A DNA stretch of 64,000 bases. Source: Bacteroidales bacterium. Lineage in GTDB: Bacteria > Bacteroidota > Bacteroidia > Bacteroidales > VadinHA17. Positions 25,262-34,882 of the stretch are shown here, in pieces (the stretch's first letter is position 1; each line of letters starts with the position of its first letter). The position numbers and the translations under genes are program-made. The notes below the pieces were generated by a model. It had not been told where the DNA came from, ran no database searches, and saw nothing but the letters and a program-made list of their open reading frames with translations. The stretch covers positions 144,520 through 208,519 of the forward strand of contig JAXLTU010000002.1 in NCBI GenBank assembly GCA_046329885.1. Reading direction: 5' to 3'.

Positions 25262-27652
25262 TTAATTCTGTTTCCTTCCTTTAAGGTACTCCTCGAACAG
25301 GTTGTATATCCTCTTGTACTCGTCTGTCCAGCTCGACGCTTCAACGAATCCGTGACTCTCGAGGGGGTAAACAGCAAGTTCCCAGTTATCCTTACCAAGT
25401 TCTATGAGTCTTTGAGTGAGCCTGACAATATCCTGGAAATGAACATTATCATCTACCATCCCATGACACATGAGAAGGTGACCCTGGAATCCCCCGGCAT
25501 GATAAATCGGAGAACTCCTGACATATGCAAGACTGTCAGTTGACGGGGTGTTCAGGATATTCGCGGTATATCCATGATTATAGTGTGCCCAGTCGGTTAC
25601 CGATCTTAAGCCTGCCCCGGCCGTGAATACACCCGGCTTGGTGAACATTGCCATAAGCGTTATGAATCCCCCGTACGACCCTCCATAAATCCCGATCTTA
25701 CCAGGGTCGACCTGGCATTTTTCAACGAGATATTTAGCTCCATCAACATTATCGTCGAGATCCTTTCCACCCATGAAACGATATATTCCGGTTCTCCAGT
25801 CTCGACCATAGCCAGCGCTACCCCTGTAGTCAATATCGAGCACGGTGTAGCCATTATCAACAAGGAAGTTATGGAACATGTATTCCCTGAAGTAACTGCT
25901 CCACCACCTGTGGGCGTTCTGGAGGTATCCTGCTCCATGAACAAAGATCACGGCTGGGCCATTACTGACCGGCCTGGCTGGTTTATACAGCCTTGCCGGG
26001 ACCATTGCCCCGTCGGTTGCAGGAATCTTAACAAATTCCGGTACCCTCCAGTTATAAGCCCTGAATTCCTTGGTTGTCGATTCAGTAATCTTTACAGGAA
26101 CTGCCTTGTCCTTGTTTTCCAGGAGGTATAGCTCCCATGGAGTATTTGATCTGGAAACAAGCAGGGCAAAATATTTCTCATCCGGCGACAGTTCAGCAGT
26201 TACACCTGCATCAAAGCTAGTTAGTCTTGTCTTTACACCATCCTTAACATTTAACCTGTATAATTCATTTATGCCATTGTCTACCTCGTTGGAGATGAAG
26301 TACCAGCATTTACCATCTCTTGATAAGGTCAGGTCAGACACCTCGTAATTACCAGAGGTCCAGGCCTTCTTCGCGCTGGTTGTAACATCCACGGTGTAAA
26401 GATGAGAGAAGCCTGTTTCCTCCGACTGGAAGAACAAGGTTTTTTTATCAGGAAGCCACCCCAGGGAACCCCTGTACCCTATTCCCGGGCCTCCAATCCA
26501 GGCATCATCATGCTGTCTGTCAATCAGACTGAGCTTACCTGTTTGAATATCAAGCAGCATTATCCAACGATCCTTATTGTCGTTAGCATAGATCTCGACA
26601 GCGGCCTGAGAACCGTCATCAGTCCACACCGGTTCATTTATCCTGATGCTTCTTCTGGATGGTTTTTCCTGTCTCATTCCGGCAGCCTGCTTTTTGGCCG
26701 GATAATCCTTCAGGTAAGCAGGTGTATCATTTATCCCGGGGATATCATCCGTTTTAACCCTGTAGACAGTATCTCTCCTGATATCGTAAATCATAAGATC
26801 TGATGATCCTGAACTACCTGAACCTACCTTCGAACGCGCTCTTTGGTCCTCAGTGTAACCCGATTCTGTCACATAAGCAGGAACAATTGTTCCCTTGTCG
26901 TCGCCAGGTTGCATTGTTGTCCAGGTAAGATAGTTGTTATCAGGACTTAACTTTAAGGACCTTGGCATGCCGGCACCGGTATAGACAGGCTTGGGTCTAT
27001 CCGGCTGGAGCAACTTGCTTTCCTTCTCGTAAAAATCCCTGGTTGCCTTTCGTTCAGATAATGTTTTTATAAGATACATTTCGCTGTTATGAAGCCATTT
27101 GTCACGTGGATTTGCATAGGGAGACTCTTCTGGTTTCTCCTTGCCCTGCCTCATATCGGTCATTTGTGATACAAGCCCTGAAACGGGATCCCAGGTATAA
27201 AGGTTCCCGTTAGCGGAATATATTACTTTGTCTTCGTTTTTGCTGAACACCGGGTTACTCTCGGGTGAAAGTGTATTAGTAATTTGCCTGCTGCTGCCCG
27301 TTTTAATATCGAGGATGAACAGGTCCCCGTCTTTCGAGTACAACATCTTCGTTCTGTCGCGGTTTAAAGTTCCGTAAAAGGAAGGAAGGTTCTTGCGTTC
27401 CTCCGGGGTCACCTTTTGTGGCTTCGTGTTACCTGGTGATATGAAATACAGAGATGGTTGATCCTCCATTTCGGGGTTCCAGTTAAAAAACAGTTTGTTA
27501 CCCGAGGGATTCCATTGCAGGTTCGATGGAGAATATCCGGTAAATTTCTCACCCTGCATTATTTTCTCAATTTTCAGGGTGCTCTGTGAACGTGCATCAA
27601 TTATTACAACCGACAGGATCACAGCAATTAGCAGTCTAGGGGTCTTCATCAT
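25262..27652 (-). CDS. S9 family serine peptidase (dipeptidyl-peptidase / acylaminoacyl-peptidase-like) with N-terminal beta-propeller
   Basis: Signal peptide, nucleophile motif GIYGGSYGGF, MCHGMVDDNVHFQD (Asp) and LESHGF (His). Confidence 0.9.
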   Translation of the reverse strand: MMKTPRLLIAVILSVVIIDARSQSTLKIEKIMQGEKFTGYSPSNLQWNPSGNKLFFNWNPEMEDQPSLYFISPGNTKPQKVTPEERKNLPSFYGTLNRDRTKMLYSKDGDLFILDIKTGSSRQITNTLSPESNPVFSKNEDKVIYSANGNLYTWDPVSGLVSQMTDMRQGKEKPEESPYANPRDKWLHNSEMYLIKTLSERKATRDFYEKESKLLQPDRPKPVYTGAGMPRSLKLSPDNNYLTWTTMQPGDDKGTIVPAYVTESGYTEDQRARSKVGSGSSGSSDLMIYDIRRDTVYRVKTDDIPGINDTPAYLKDYPAKKQAAGMRQEKPSRRSIRINEPVWTDDGSQAAVEIYANDNKDRWIMLLDIQTGKLSLIDRQHDDAWIGGPGIGYRGSLGWLPDKKTLFFQSEETGFSHLYTVDVTTSAKKAWTSGNYEVSDLTLSRDGKCWYFISNEVDNGINELYRLNVKDGVKTRLTSFDAGVTAELSPDEKYFALLVSRSNTPWELYLLENKDKAVPVKITESTTKEFRAYNWRVPEFVKIPATDGAMVPARLYKPARPVSNGPAVIFVHGAGYLQNAHRWWSSYFREYMFHNFLVDNGYTVLDIDYRGSAGYGRDWRTGIYRFMGGKDLDDNVDGAKYLVEKCQVDPGKIGIYGGSYGGFITLMAMFTKPGVFTAGAGLRSVTDWAHYNHGYTANILNTPSTDSLAYVRSSPIYHAGGFQGHLLMCHGMVDDNVHFQDIVRLTQRLIELGKDNWELAVYPLESHGFVEASSWTDEYKRIYNLFEEYLKGRKQN

Positions 27653-27917
27653 TTAATAATTATATTGATGAAGATAAAAATAATTAAATCCCCGGTTATA
27701 ATTGCATGCACCGGGATGCTATTGTTTATGCTGCAACGGTTAATCAGCTGTTCTTACAAGGGTATACCTGATTCCCTGGTATTGCTTATTCACCAGGTGC
27801 AACAACCTGCCTCCTCTTACCGCCACGAACCAAGCTTCAAAAACATTGGTCTTCCCCGGCTATTCCCAGGCTGATTCCCGGAAACCACCAGATAAAGATG
27901 AGGCAATAAGCAGAATT

Positions 27918-29315
27918 TTATTTTTTGAATTTTCTTATCAGCTCGAGCAGCTGATCTTCCCTGAATGGCTTGGATATATAAGCGTCAAATCCTGCACGAA
28001 TTGCTTTCTTTTCCTCGTCAAAAGTATAGGCTGTTTGCGCAATTATGCGGACATCATCCCTTACCTTCCGGATCTCGGTTGCCGCCTCATAGCCGTTCAT
28101 TACTGGCATTTTGATATCCATTAGAACGATTTCTATTTCCTTGTTGGAACAGCAGATATCAACGGCAGTCTTCCCATCATTTGCCATAAGGACGTTTATT
28201 CCTCTCCGTGAAAGTATTTCTTTAATATATCGTTGGTTCAGCGAGTCATCTTCAGCGACCAGGATATTCATTCCGCTGAAGGTGGAGACTGGTCTGCTCC
28301 TGGCTGGAGTCCCGGTGAAAGCAGCGTCTTCAACTTTAACGTATGGAATTGTAAAGTAGAATCTTGAGCCTTTCCCCTGTTCTGACTCAAGCCATATTCG
28401 CCCGCCGAGCAACTCTACAAGACCTTTGCATATCGTCAGCCCCAGTCCCACTCCCTCGTAGAACCTGTCATTGGGACTGTTATCCTTGAAGAACCTGTCA
28501 AAAATATGCTGATGTACCTCTTTCGGGATTCCAATACCCGTGTCCTCAACATGAAATTCAATTGTGTTTCCTTTCAACTCGTAACCGAACCTGATATATC
28601 CCTTCTCGACAAATTTGACTGAATTGGATATAAGGTTGAATAACACCTGCTTTACCTTGACTCCATCGGTGCAAATCATATCTTCTCCCTTTTTCAAACC
28701 TTTCGATATCTCTATTACGACCCCTGCTTTAACCGAATGGGAGAAATGATGGTGGATATCATCAATCAGATCATTTAGCGAGATATCATGAGGAGAAACT
28801 TTATTAGTCCCGGATTCAATCATAGATATATCCAGTACCTCATTTACAATATTAAATAGAAGAGTTGAGCTCTCCGAGATGATTCTTATGTATTCGACTT
28901 TTTCCGCATCACTCAATTCCCCGGATTTAAGCAATTCTGTCAGGCCAATGATCCCGTTCATAGGGGTCCTGATCTCGTGCGACATATTCTGGAGAAAGGT
29001 CGTTTTCAACCTGTCACTTTCTCTCGCCAGGTGTTCAGCCGTCCTTAATTTAACCAGGTGACGTCTTAAAAAGAGATAGAATAATATTCCGGTAATAAGA
29101 ACATAGAACCATCCTTTGTATGTCTGTATTCTCGTTATTTTCCCCGGGTCATTGAACAGGCCATTTACTATTGCATCGGAAAATAAAATCCAGAGTCCCC
29201 CGACAAAAAGATAAATCAGGAAGATCTTGACTTCGAACTTCAGATGTCGTTGAAGAATTGACATGCAGGAAGTATTTAGATGGTCCTCAAAACCGCGCGA
29301 AAACCATGGCATCAA
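27918..29315 (-). CDS. Hybrid sensor histidine kinase / response regulator (two N-terminal TM helices, no obvious sensor domain)
   Basis: HisKA FLQNMSHEIRTPMNGIIGLTELL, HATPase GVGLGLTICKGLVELLGG, and receiver ILVAEDD...VLMDIKMPVMNG...KP. The track start at 29318 is a TTG. ATGs lie at 29315 and 29264. Confidence 0.85.
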   Translation of the reverse strand: MMPWFSRGFEDHLNTSCMSILQRHLKFEVKIFLIYLFVGGLWILFSDAIVNGLFNDPGKITRIQTYKGWFYVLITGILFYLFLRRHLVKLRTAEHLARESDRLKTTFLQNMSHEIRTPMNGIIGLTELLKSGELSDAEKVEYIRIISESSTLLFNIVNEVLDISMIESGTNKVSPHDISLNDLIDDIHHHFSHSVKAGVVIEISKGLKKGEDMICTDGVKVKQVLFNLISNSVKFVEKGYIRFGYELKGNTIEFHVEDTGIGIPKEVHQHIFDRFFKDNSPNDRFYEGVGLGLTICKGLVELLGGRIWLESEQGKGSRFYFTIPYVKVEDAAFTGTPARSRPVSTFSGMNILVAEDDSLNQRYIKEILSRRGINVLMANDGKTAVDICCSNKEIEIVLMDIKMPVMNGYEAATEIRKVRDDVRIIAQTAYTFDEEKKAIRAGFDAYISKPFREDQLLELIRKFKK

Positions 29316-29523
29316 CAAACATAAAGTTAGTAATTAAATAGAATCAAGTTTATGTTTTATTATTGTTTGTTGCTGAATTTTAGATTTTCGCAAAAATCGA
29401 GGAACACCCGTGCAAATTGACACTCCTGTCTGCACGAAGTATCATATTCCAATCAGATTCGTGTAGAGTGATTGGAAATCATTAATGGTCTATCAGGTGT
29501 TCCCTAATGTTCATACCTGACAC

Positions 29524-30111
29524 CTACTTCTTTACCGAGTAACTAGTCTTCGGGTTTAGTCCCATCTCCCTTGCAAAGATTTTCACTATCAGGGAATAAG
29601 CATCTCTTATTTTTTCAGTGTTGGTGAATTTTGATTTTTCCGAGAAGTGCACGTTCCATTCAAGCTTCCATTCATCTCCGAACGCCGTCTTCCAGTCATC
29701 AGGCGAGATTCTCAGCTTTGCATCGTTTACACCACCAGTATAAGTCTCGTAACACAGACCTATGAATTCAGTGCATGCCGCGAAAAAATCATCAGCGAAA
29801 AGTGGTGCCGCCAGATGAACCTTCCTGTCGATTGCTCTCTTGAGCCCGACGATATATTCGGGCGTGAACTTCTTCCAGTTTCCCATGTGGGCAAAGTAAC
29901 AAAGCAGGTCGTTCAGATCAGGCATAAGATCGTCATATACATCAATCCTCTTCTCAATCAGTTTCTGGTTTCGCCACTGGTTGTGTTCAATCAGGATAAG
30001 CGATTTGTTTATATACAAGCCAACACCGAAGATAAGAATTGGTGTTAGCAATGCCACGCAGATCTTTACAACTTCAAGACTGTTCCAGGGGTTTGATACC
30101 AGGGCTGACAT
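29524..30111 (-). CDS. Hypothetical single-TM protein
   Basis: 195-aa ORF with one N-terminal TM helix (VVKICVALLTPILIFGVGLYI). The antisense ORF 29647..30048 has poorer composition. No motif recognised. Confidence 0.5.
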   Translation of the reverse strand: MSALVSNPWNSLEVVKICVALLTPILIFGVGLYINKSLILIEHNQWRNQKLIEKRIDVYDDLMPDLNDLLCYFAHMGNWKKFTPEYIVGLKRAIDRKVHLAAPLFADDFFAACTEFIGLCYETYTGGVNDAKLRISPDDWKTAFGDEWKLEWNVHFSEKSKFTNTEKIRDAYSLIVKIFAREMGLNPKTSYSVKK

Positions 30112-30295
30112 AAAACTAGCTTTAGAAAGCTAAATGTAATCAATTATATTTATTTCAGAACCTGTTCAAATCGACTGATTGCCAATGAGAATTATCCACT
30201 AAAGAACGGGCCTGATCCAATTGGTATCTTATAGTAATTATCATTTTGCAGGCAGCAGTCCAAAGTTCTATCTTTGCAAAAATGACCAGTTTCTA

Positions 30296-30487
30296 ATGTC
30301 TTACAAAACCATCAGGAATAAAGTACCTCCAGCGGGTTTTTCATGCAAGAAGACCTCTTACCATACAAGGGAAGAAGCAGAAGAGATGATAAAACACATC
30401 AGGGAAACCAGGATTACAAAGGAGATTAGATCTTATCAATGCCCCGTCTGTGGTTTGTGGCATCTTACGAGCAGCAGAAAGGGATAA
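30296..30487 (+). CDS. Small zinc-ribbon-like protein
   Basis: ATG at 30296, because the track start at 30221 is a TTG. The sequence includes C at FSCKK and YQCPVCGLWHLTS. Confidence 0.4.
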   Translation: MSYKTIRNKVPPAGFSCKKTSYHTREEAEEMIKHIRETRITKEIRSYQCPVCGLWHLTSSRKG

Positions 30488-30593
30488 AAGCTTATCCCTT
30501 TAATTACTGCTGTCGCGAAAAAAACTTTCTAAATAATCCAAAGGAATAACATATACAAGGTCCCATTGGATTTCAATAGCATACTATACCTTT

Positions 30594-31229
30594 TCAAGGT
30601 CTGACCATCCTGAAGGCGTGTGCCCAGTCGTTGCTTCTGAAACCCGGGATGCACCAGAGCATGCAAAGCGGTTCAATTGCTCTGGCAGCTTCAGCACCAC
30701 CCATGTCTTCGGCTGCCCATCCAACATTATCAAGTATCTCCCTGACTTCTTTCCTCGCAGCCTCATTATTACCACAGATGAACATCGAGGGCTTCTCTGT
30801 AAATGATGGATCAATCATGAATGTACTTCCCACGCAGCTGAAAGCTTTCACGAAATTAGCAGATGGTGCCATGCCTTGCAGCCGCTCCATTAATGAATCG
30901 TCGAGTGATGTAAAGAATTGCAAAACTCCATTTACCGGGGGCTTTTCAGCAATCGGGTTGCAGGTGTCTATTACAGTTTTACCCGCGATTTTAGTGGCAA
31001 GTGAAGAGACGACCGATCCAGCAGCCAATCCCTTAACTGCCAGAATCACGACTTCGCCAAACACTGCTGCTTCAGAAAATGTTCCAGTCATGATCCCCGT
31101 CTCATTCTTGAAACTATCGCGCTTGTTCTTGTCTTCTGACCCCAGCATCACCAGATACCCATGTTTATTCAGACCTTTGGCAAGGGCTTTTCCTACCTCA
31201 CCAGAACCTATTATACCAATCTTCTTCAT
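30594..31229 (-). CDS. NADP oxidoreductase, coenzyme-F420-dependent-type Rossmann protein (NADPH-dependent F420 reductase-like)
   Basis: MKKIGIIGSGEVGKALAKGL dinucleotide-binding motif, about 210 aa. Confidence 0.7.
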   Translation of the reverse strand: MKKIGIIGSGEVGKALAKGLNKHGYLVMLGSEDKNKRDSFKNETGIMTGTFSEAAVFGEVVILAVKGLAAGSVVSSLATKIAGKTVIDTCNPIAEKPPVNGVLQFFTSLDDSLMERLQGMAPSANFVKAFSCVGSTFMIDPSFTEKPSMFICGNNEAARKEVREILDNVGWAAEDMGGAEAARAIEPLCMLWCIPGFRSNDWAHAFRMVRP

Positions 31230-31340
31230 AGTTTTTGCTTGTATAACAATCAAGCGGCTGCAAGGTTTGCCAATGGTGTAAAAACAAGAACAAAGTCAGG
31301 AGGAATTTGTTAGTTTTGAAATGTTTCAAAATGCTATGCT

Positions 31341-32009
31341 ATGACAGTAAAAGAAATTCTTGCAAGGCTGGAGGCTATGGGAAGCGAGAAAGTGCGTGCA
31401 ATTAACAGGAGGCAGGGAGCCGGTGATAATCAGTATGGTGTAAAAATGGGTGATATACGGGCAATGGCCAGGGAAATAAAGACTGACCACAACCTGGCCC
31501 TTCAGCTCTGGAAGACCGGAAACATAGAGGCCAGGTTTCTTGCCGTCCTTATAATGAACCCGGGAAAACTATCGAGCGACGAGATAAAATCCCTTGTCCC
31601 TTCCGAAAGATTCACTCATGTTGCAGACTGGCTCACATCTTATGTTATCATGAAGCATCCAGAAAAAGAAAGTCTTAGACGTGAATGGATGGATTCAACA
31701 GAACCAATGTCGGCCAGGGCCGGATGGAGCCTGACAAGCGAAAGGGTTGCCAAAGATCCAGAAGGTATTGACATTCCTCACCTTCTGAAAAGAATTGAAA
31801 ACGAAATGCCGGCAGCGGCACCAGAGATACAGTGGACAATGAACATGACACTAGCGCAGATCGGGATCTACTTTAAACAGTACAGGGTCAGAAGTATATC
31901 GATTGGTGAAAAACTTGGCATTTACAGGGACTTCCCCGTATCGAAAGGCTGCACCTCTCCTTTCGCACCAATCTGGATAAACGAGATTGTAAAAAGAAGA
32001 GAAAAATAG
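31341..32009 (+). CDS. DNA alkylation repair protein (AlkD-like HEAT-repeat family)
   Basis: The pattern RLEAMGSEKVRAINRRQGAG...YGVKMGDIRAMAREI...LALQLWKTGNIEARFLA is typical of PF08713. Confidence 0.8.
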   Translation: MTVKEILARLEAMGSEKVRAINRRQGAGDNQYGVKMGDIRAMAREIKTDHNLALQLWKTGNIEARFLAVLIMNPGKLSSDEIKSLVPSERFTHVADWLTSYVIMKHPEKESLRREWMDSTEPMSARAGWSLTSERVAKDPEGIDIPHLLKRIENEMPAAAPEIQWTMNMTLAQIGIYFKQYRVRSISIGEKLGIYRDFPVSKGCTSPFAPIWINEIVKRREK

Positions 32010-32188
32010 GAACAGATCAATACCAGGAATCTTGGCGGCTTACATTGCTGAAAATTCAGGATACATGGCCTTCCCTGAATTCTCAGGTCGTTAATTAAAT
32101 CCCTTGTAACCATACATTTCCACCAGTCTGGATTAAGTGTTCTTCGAACTTCATATCATGATCTTTGTTTATTATATAAAACACTGGC

Positions 32189-32629
32189 ATGAAAACACTT
32201 CTGTTATTATTCCTCGTACTTTCACCTGCAGGGCATTTACCCGTGACTGAAAACAATGATCCAACAGGACTTAATGGCAAATGGAAACCTGTTTCTCTCG
32301 AGATGGGTGGTAATAAACTACCCTCTGACTCATTTAATACTCAATTACTAACGATCTCCGACAGCAACTACGTGTTCGTTGCCGAGAGTGTCGACAAGGG
32401 AGTCCTGCGGTTCAACGGTAACAAAATGGATATTTACGGCAAGGATGGGGTGAATAGCGGTAAACTTATCAAGACTATCTGGAAACTTTCAGAACAGGAG
32501 TATAACGGTGAAAAAACTGTGGCCCTGACAATTTGCTATAACCTTGCTGGTGACCAGTATCCTGAAGATTTCACAACAACCGGCAAACCAATGTACTTCC
32601 TTGCCGTCTTCGTGAGGATCAGTCAATAA
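32189..32629 (+). CDS. Secreted TIGR03067-like lipocalin-type domain protein
   Basis: Signal peptide, then LNGKWKPVSLEMGGNKLP, which resembles the TIGR03067 signature. Confidence 0.45.
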   Translation: MKTLLLLFLVLSPAGHLPVTENNDPTGLNGKWKPVSLEMGGNKLPSDSFNTQLLTISDSNYVFVAESVDKGVLRFNGNKMDIYGKDGVNSGKLIKTIWKLSEQEYNGEKTVALTICYNLAGDQYPEDFTTTGKPMYFLAVFVRISQ

Positions 32630-32947
32630 CACCTACAGCCTGACTTAATAACTATCCCAACCTTACGAGTAATTTAACAAAACTCAATTTTAGATTCAAC
32701 TTCTTTCATTTCAGGAGTTTTATGTTATCAAAGTATTCGAATTCTTAATCAAAAGTACCCCTCCTTTTACATTGCCTTTTGTAAATTATCCGGTATCCAG
32801 TGCGGAATAGACAACAATTATCTAAATATTCTCCCTGTTGTTTAATATAATTTAGTAATTTAGGTATATTTCTATAATTTTACATGACCTCCTGAAAATC
32901 GACACTATTAAAGTAAGTCTTACCAAACGGCACTAAACTCTAATCTC

Positions 32948-34777
32948 ATGAAAAGGAATTTGTTTGTCGTTGTGTTACTTGCAATGAATTTGATACTTTA
33001 TTCGCAAGGCAATCCTCCAATCTATTCTCTTCCCGACACAACCAGGTATTCAACTTTTTTTGGCAGCAAATTTATAAATGAAGATTTCTACTGGTCAGGG
33101 AAAAATTTTCGTTGGCGAAGCGGATACGGTGGACTACTTGATGTTTCCTGGACAAGCAACCAAGGTTTATTCAAGACTGACTTCATGACAGCCACAATAA
33201 CATATTTTAATTATAGTTTCCTTACTATCAACACTTTTGATTTTCCCATGAACCTGAGCAAAAAAAGGTTCTACTCCCAGTTGTTTTATGTTTTTCCAAT
33301 TGGTTTGCGTGTACCGTTGTTTAGCGGCCGGAATTATGATCTTGGAGCAAATATGAATTATTATTGGCCATTTAATATGAAAAGAGAAGATCATGATAGC
33401 ATGTATTACGAAACAATAATAATTGATAAAAACACGAAGACAACATATAAGAATAGTCCTCAAATACTTGATTATAATATTATGTTAAGGATCAGGGTTT
33501 CTAAATATGCTTGCTTCTCAATCACAACAGGCTATAGAGACCAGCTTACCCCGTGGTATGGGAAAAACTTTGGATCCCTGATTTACTCTAATGATATAAG
33601 TGGTTTTTATTTTGGATTCTCTTTAGGGTTTTCAATTTTCACGAAAGAAAACAGGGGCATTGAAAGTTGGGAGAAGGCAAAATCAGAGAATACTGTACCG
33701 GCATATAAAAAGTTCCTGGCAGATTTTCCAGGCAACCATTATTTGAAGGAAACAAACTCCAGAATAGAAGATATCCTTTATTTAAATGCAATCAGGGGGA
33801 CAGAAACTGACTGTAGAAAATATCTTCTGGAACCCGATTTCAAAAAGTACAGAACCCTGATTGAAAAACGGTACTCAGAGATTGAAGATAATGCATATCA
33901 CTCGGCCCAAAATGGGACAAGTACTGACTGTGAAAGCTATCTTTCCAGGTTTGATAATGGCAAGTATCAAACCCAGGTTAAAAAACTAAAAGCAAGCAAG
34001 ATCAAGTATGCTGATTCAACTGATTATCAGAAAGCTATGGCTGGAACAATTAGCGATTGTGAATTTTATCTATCCAAATATCCTGATGGCATTTACCGTA
34101 ACCAGATTATTGAAGAAAAAAATAATAAAATTGAGCAAGCCATGTATTTTTCAGCCCGTGATGGGGATTACAGCCAATGTGACAGGTATCTGGAGCTCTA
34201 TCCTGACGGGAAATTCATACAAGAGGTAATCGGGTTAAGGACCAAGAAGTTTCTTGAAGAGGAGGGGGTCGTGTACACTAAAATAAAAGAAGGTGATTAT
34301 GAAGCATGTCGCGATTACAAATCAAGGTTTTCCAAAGGCAGGTTCACTGGTGAAGCTGAATCTCTTTGTCAAATGCTTAAGTATATGAGCATAAGCAAAA
34401 TGACCATGCTGGATCTCATCAATCCATCAATAAAAAACATAGAATTAGTTAAATCAATGCCCGGGGATGGTGAATACAATTATGATGTTGTTATAGTAAC
34501 AGCCAGTGGATCGACTGTATATGCCAATGCAATAACGTCTGAAAGGATAGTTTTCGAAATAATGGCGGCTCCATTGTCAGATCAGGGCGCTTTCATTTCA
34601 ACCTTTGGAGGAAAAGGAACCAAAATGGATATCACCCTTCTAACCAAGGGCTTTGACTACAATGGCCTGAAGTGGTACCCGACTGCAAATCATGATGCGA
34701 TAATTATTTGCACGGGTGACAGAATAATTGGGTATAATGTCCGATACGAGCAGAACACGGGCACAGTAAAAAAATGA
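32948..34777 (+). CDS. Secreted protein: N-terminal beta-barrel-like region, six ~40-aa Cys-containing helical repeats, and a C-terminal globular domain
   Basis: Signal peptide. An aromatic-rich alternating region ends in GFYFGFSLGFSIF. The repeats have the consensus x-T/Y-x-x-C-x-x-Y-L-x-x-F/Y-P-x-G-K-Y/F (for example TSTDCESYLSRFDNGKY and TISDCEFYLSKYPDGIY). Confidence 0.6.
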   Translation: MKRNLFVVVLLAMNLILYSQGNPPIYSLPDTTRYSTFFGSKFINEDFYWSGKNFRWRSGYGGLLDVSWTSNQGLFKTDFMTATITYFNYSFLTINTFDFPMNLSKKRFYSQLFYVFPIGLRVPLFSGRNYDLGANMNYYWPFNMKREDHDSMYYETIIIDKNTKTTYKNSPQILDYNIMLRIRVSKYACFSITTGYRDQLTPWYGKNFGSLIYSNDISGFYFGFSLGFSIFTKENRGIESWEKAKSENTVPAYKKFLADFPGNHYLKETNSRIEDILYLNAIRGTETDCRKYLLEPDFKKYRTLIEKRYSEIEDNAYHSAQNGTSTDCESYLSRFDNGKYQTQVKKLKASKIKYADSTDYQKAMAGTISDCEFYLSKYPDGIYRNQIIEEKNNKIEQAMYFSARDGDYSQCDRYLELYPDGKFIQEVIGLRTKKFLEEEGVVYTKIKEGDYEACRDYKSRFSKGRFTGEAESLCQMLKYMSISKMTMLDLINPSIKNIELVKSMPGDGEYNYDVVIVTASGSTVYANAITSERIVFEIMAAPLSDQGAFISTFGGKGTKMDITLLTKGFDYNGLKWYPTANHDAIIICTGDRIIGYNVRYEQNTGTVKK

Positions 34778-34882
34778 ATACGCTCCTTTTAATCGTTTCT
34801 AAACTAAATGCAAAGGAATCTATACTGCAACTGAATTTGTTTAGCATTCTATTCAGATGATTCCTCTTTAATAAGATCCATG

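Noticed and set aside
24499-25398. Eight overlapping 60-98-aa ORFs in the track across the repeat mosaic (for example 24586..24837, 24764..25015, 25008..25253 and 25102..25398).
   Set aside because: Their translations are low-complexity P/R/G/T/C strings that follow directly from the 7-nt repeats (21-nt periodicity in every frame). They overlap each other on both strands and lack any recognisable start context. I treat them as non-coding.
27653-27917. ORFs 27665..27874 and 27846..28124 in or near the spacer between the S9 peptidase and the hybrid kinase.
   Set aside because: The first lies in promoter/terminator space and has no motif. The second is largely antisense to the receiver domain of the kinase.
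30631-31281. A 216-aa plus-strand ORF fully antisense to the F420-type reductase gene.
   Set aside because: The minus-strand product has a clear GxGxxG Rossmann motif and normal composition. The plus-strand translation is Ser/Ala/Pro-rich with no motif. This is a typical shadow ORF.
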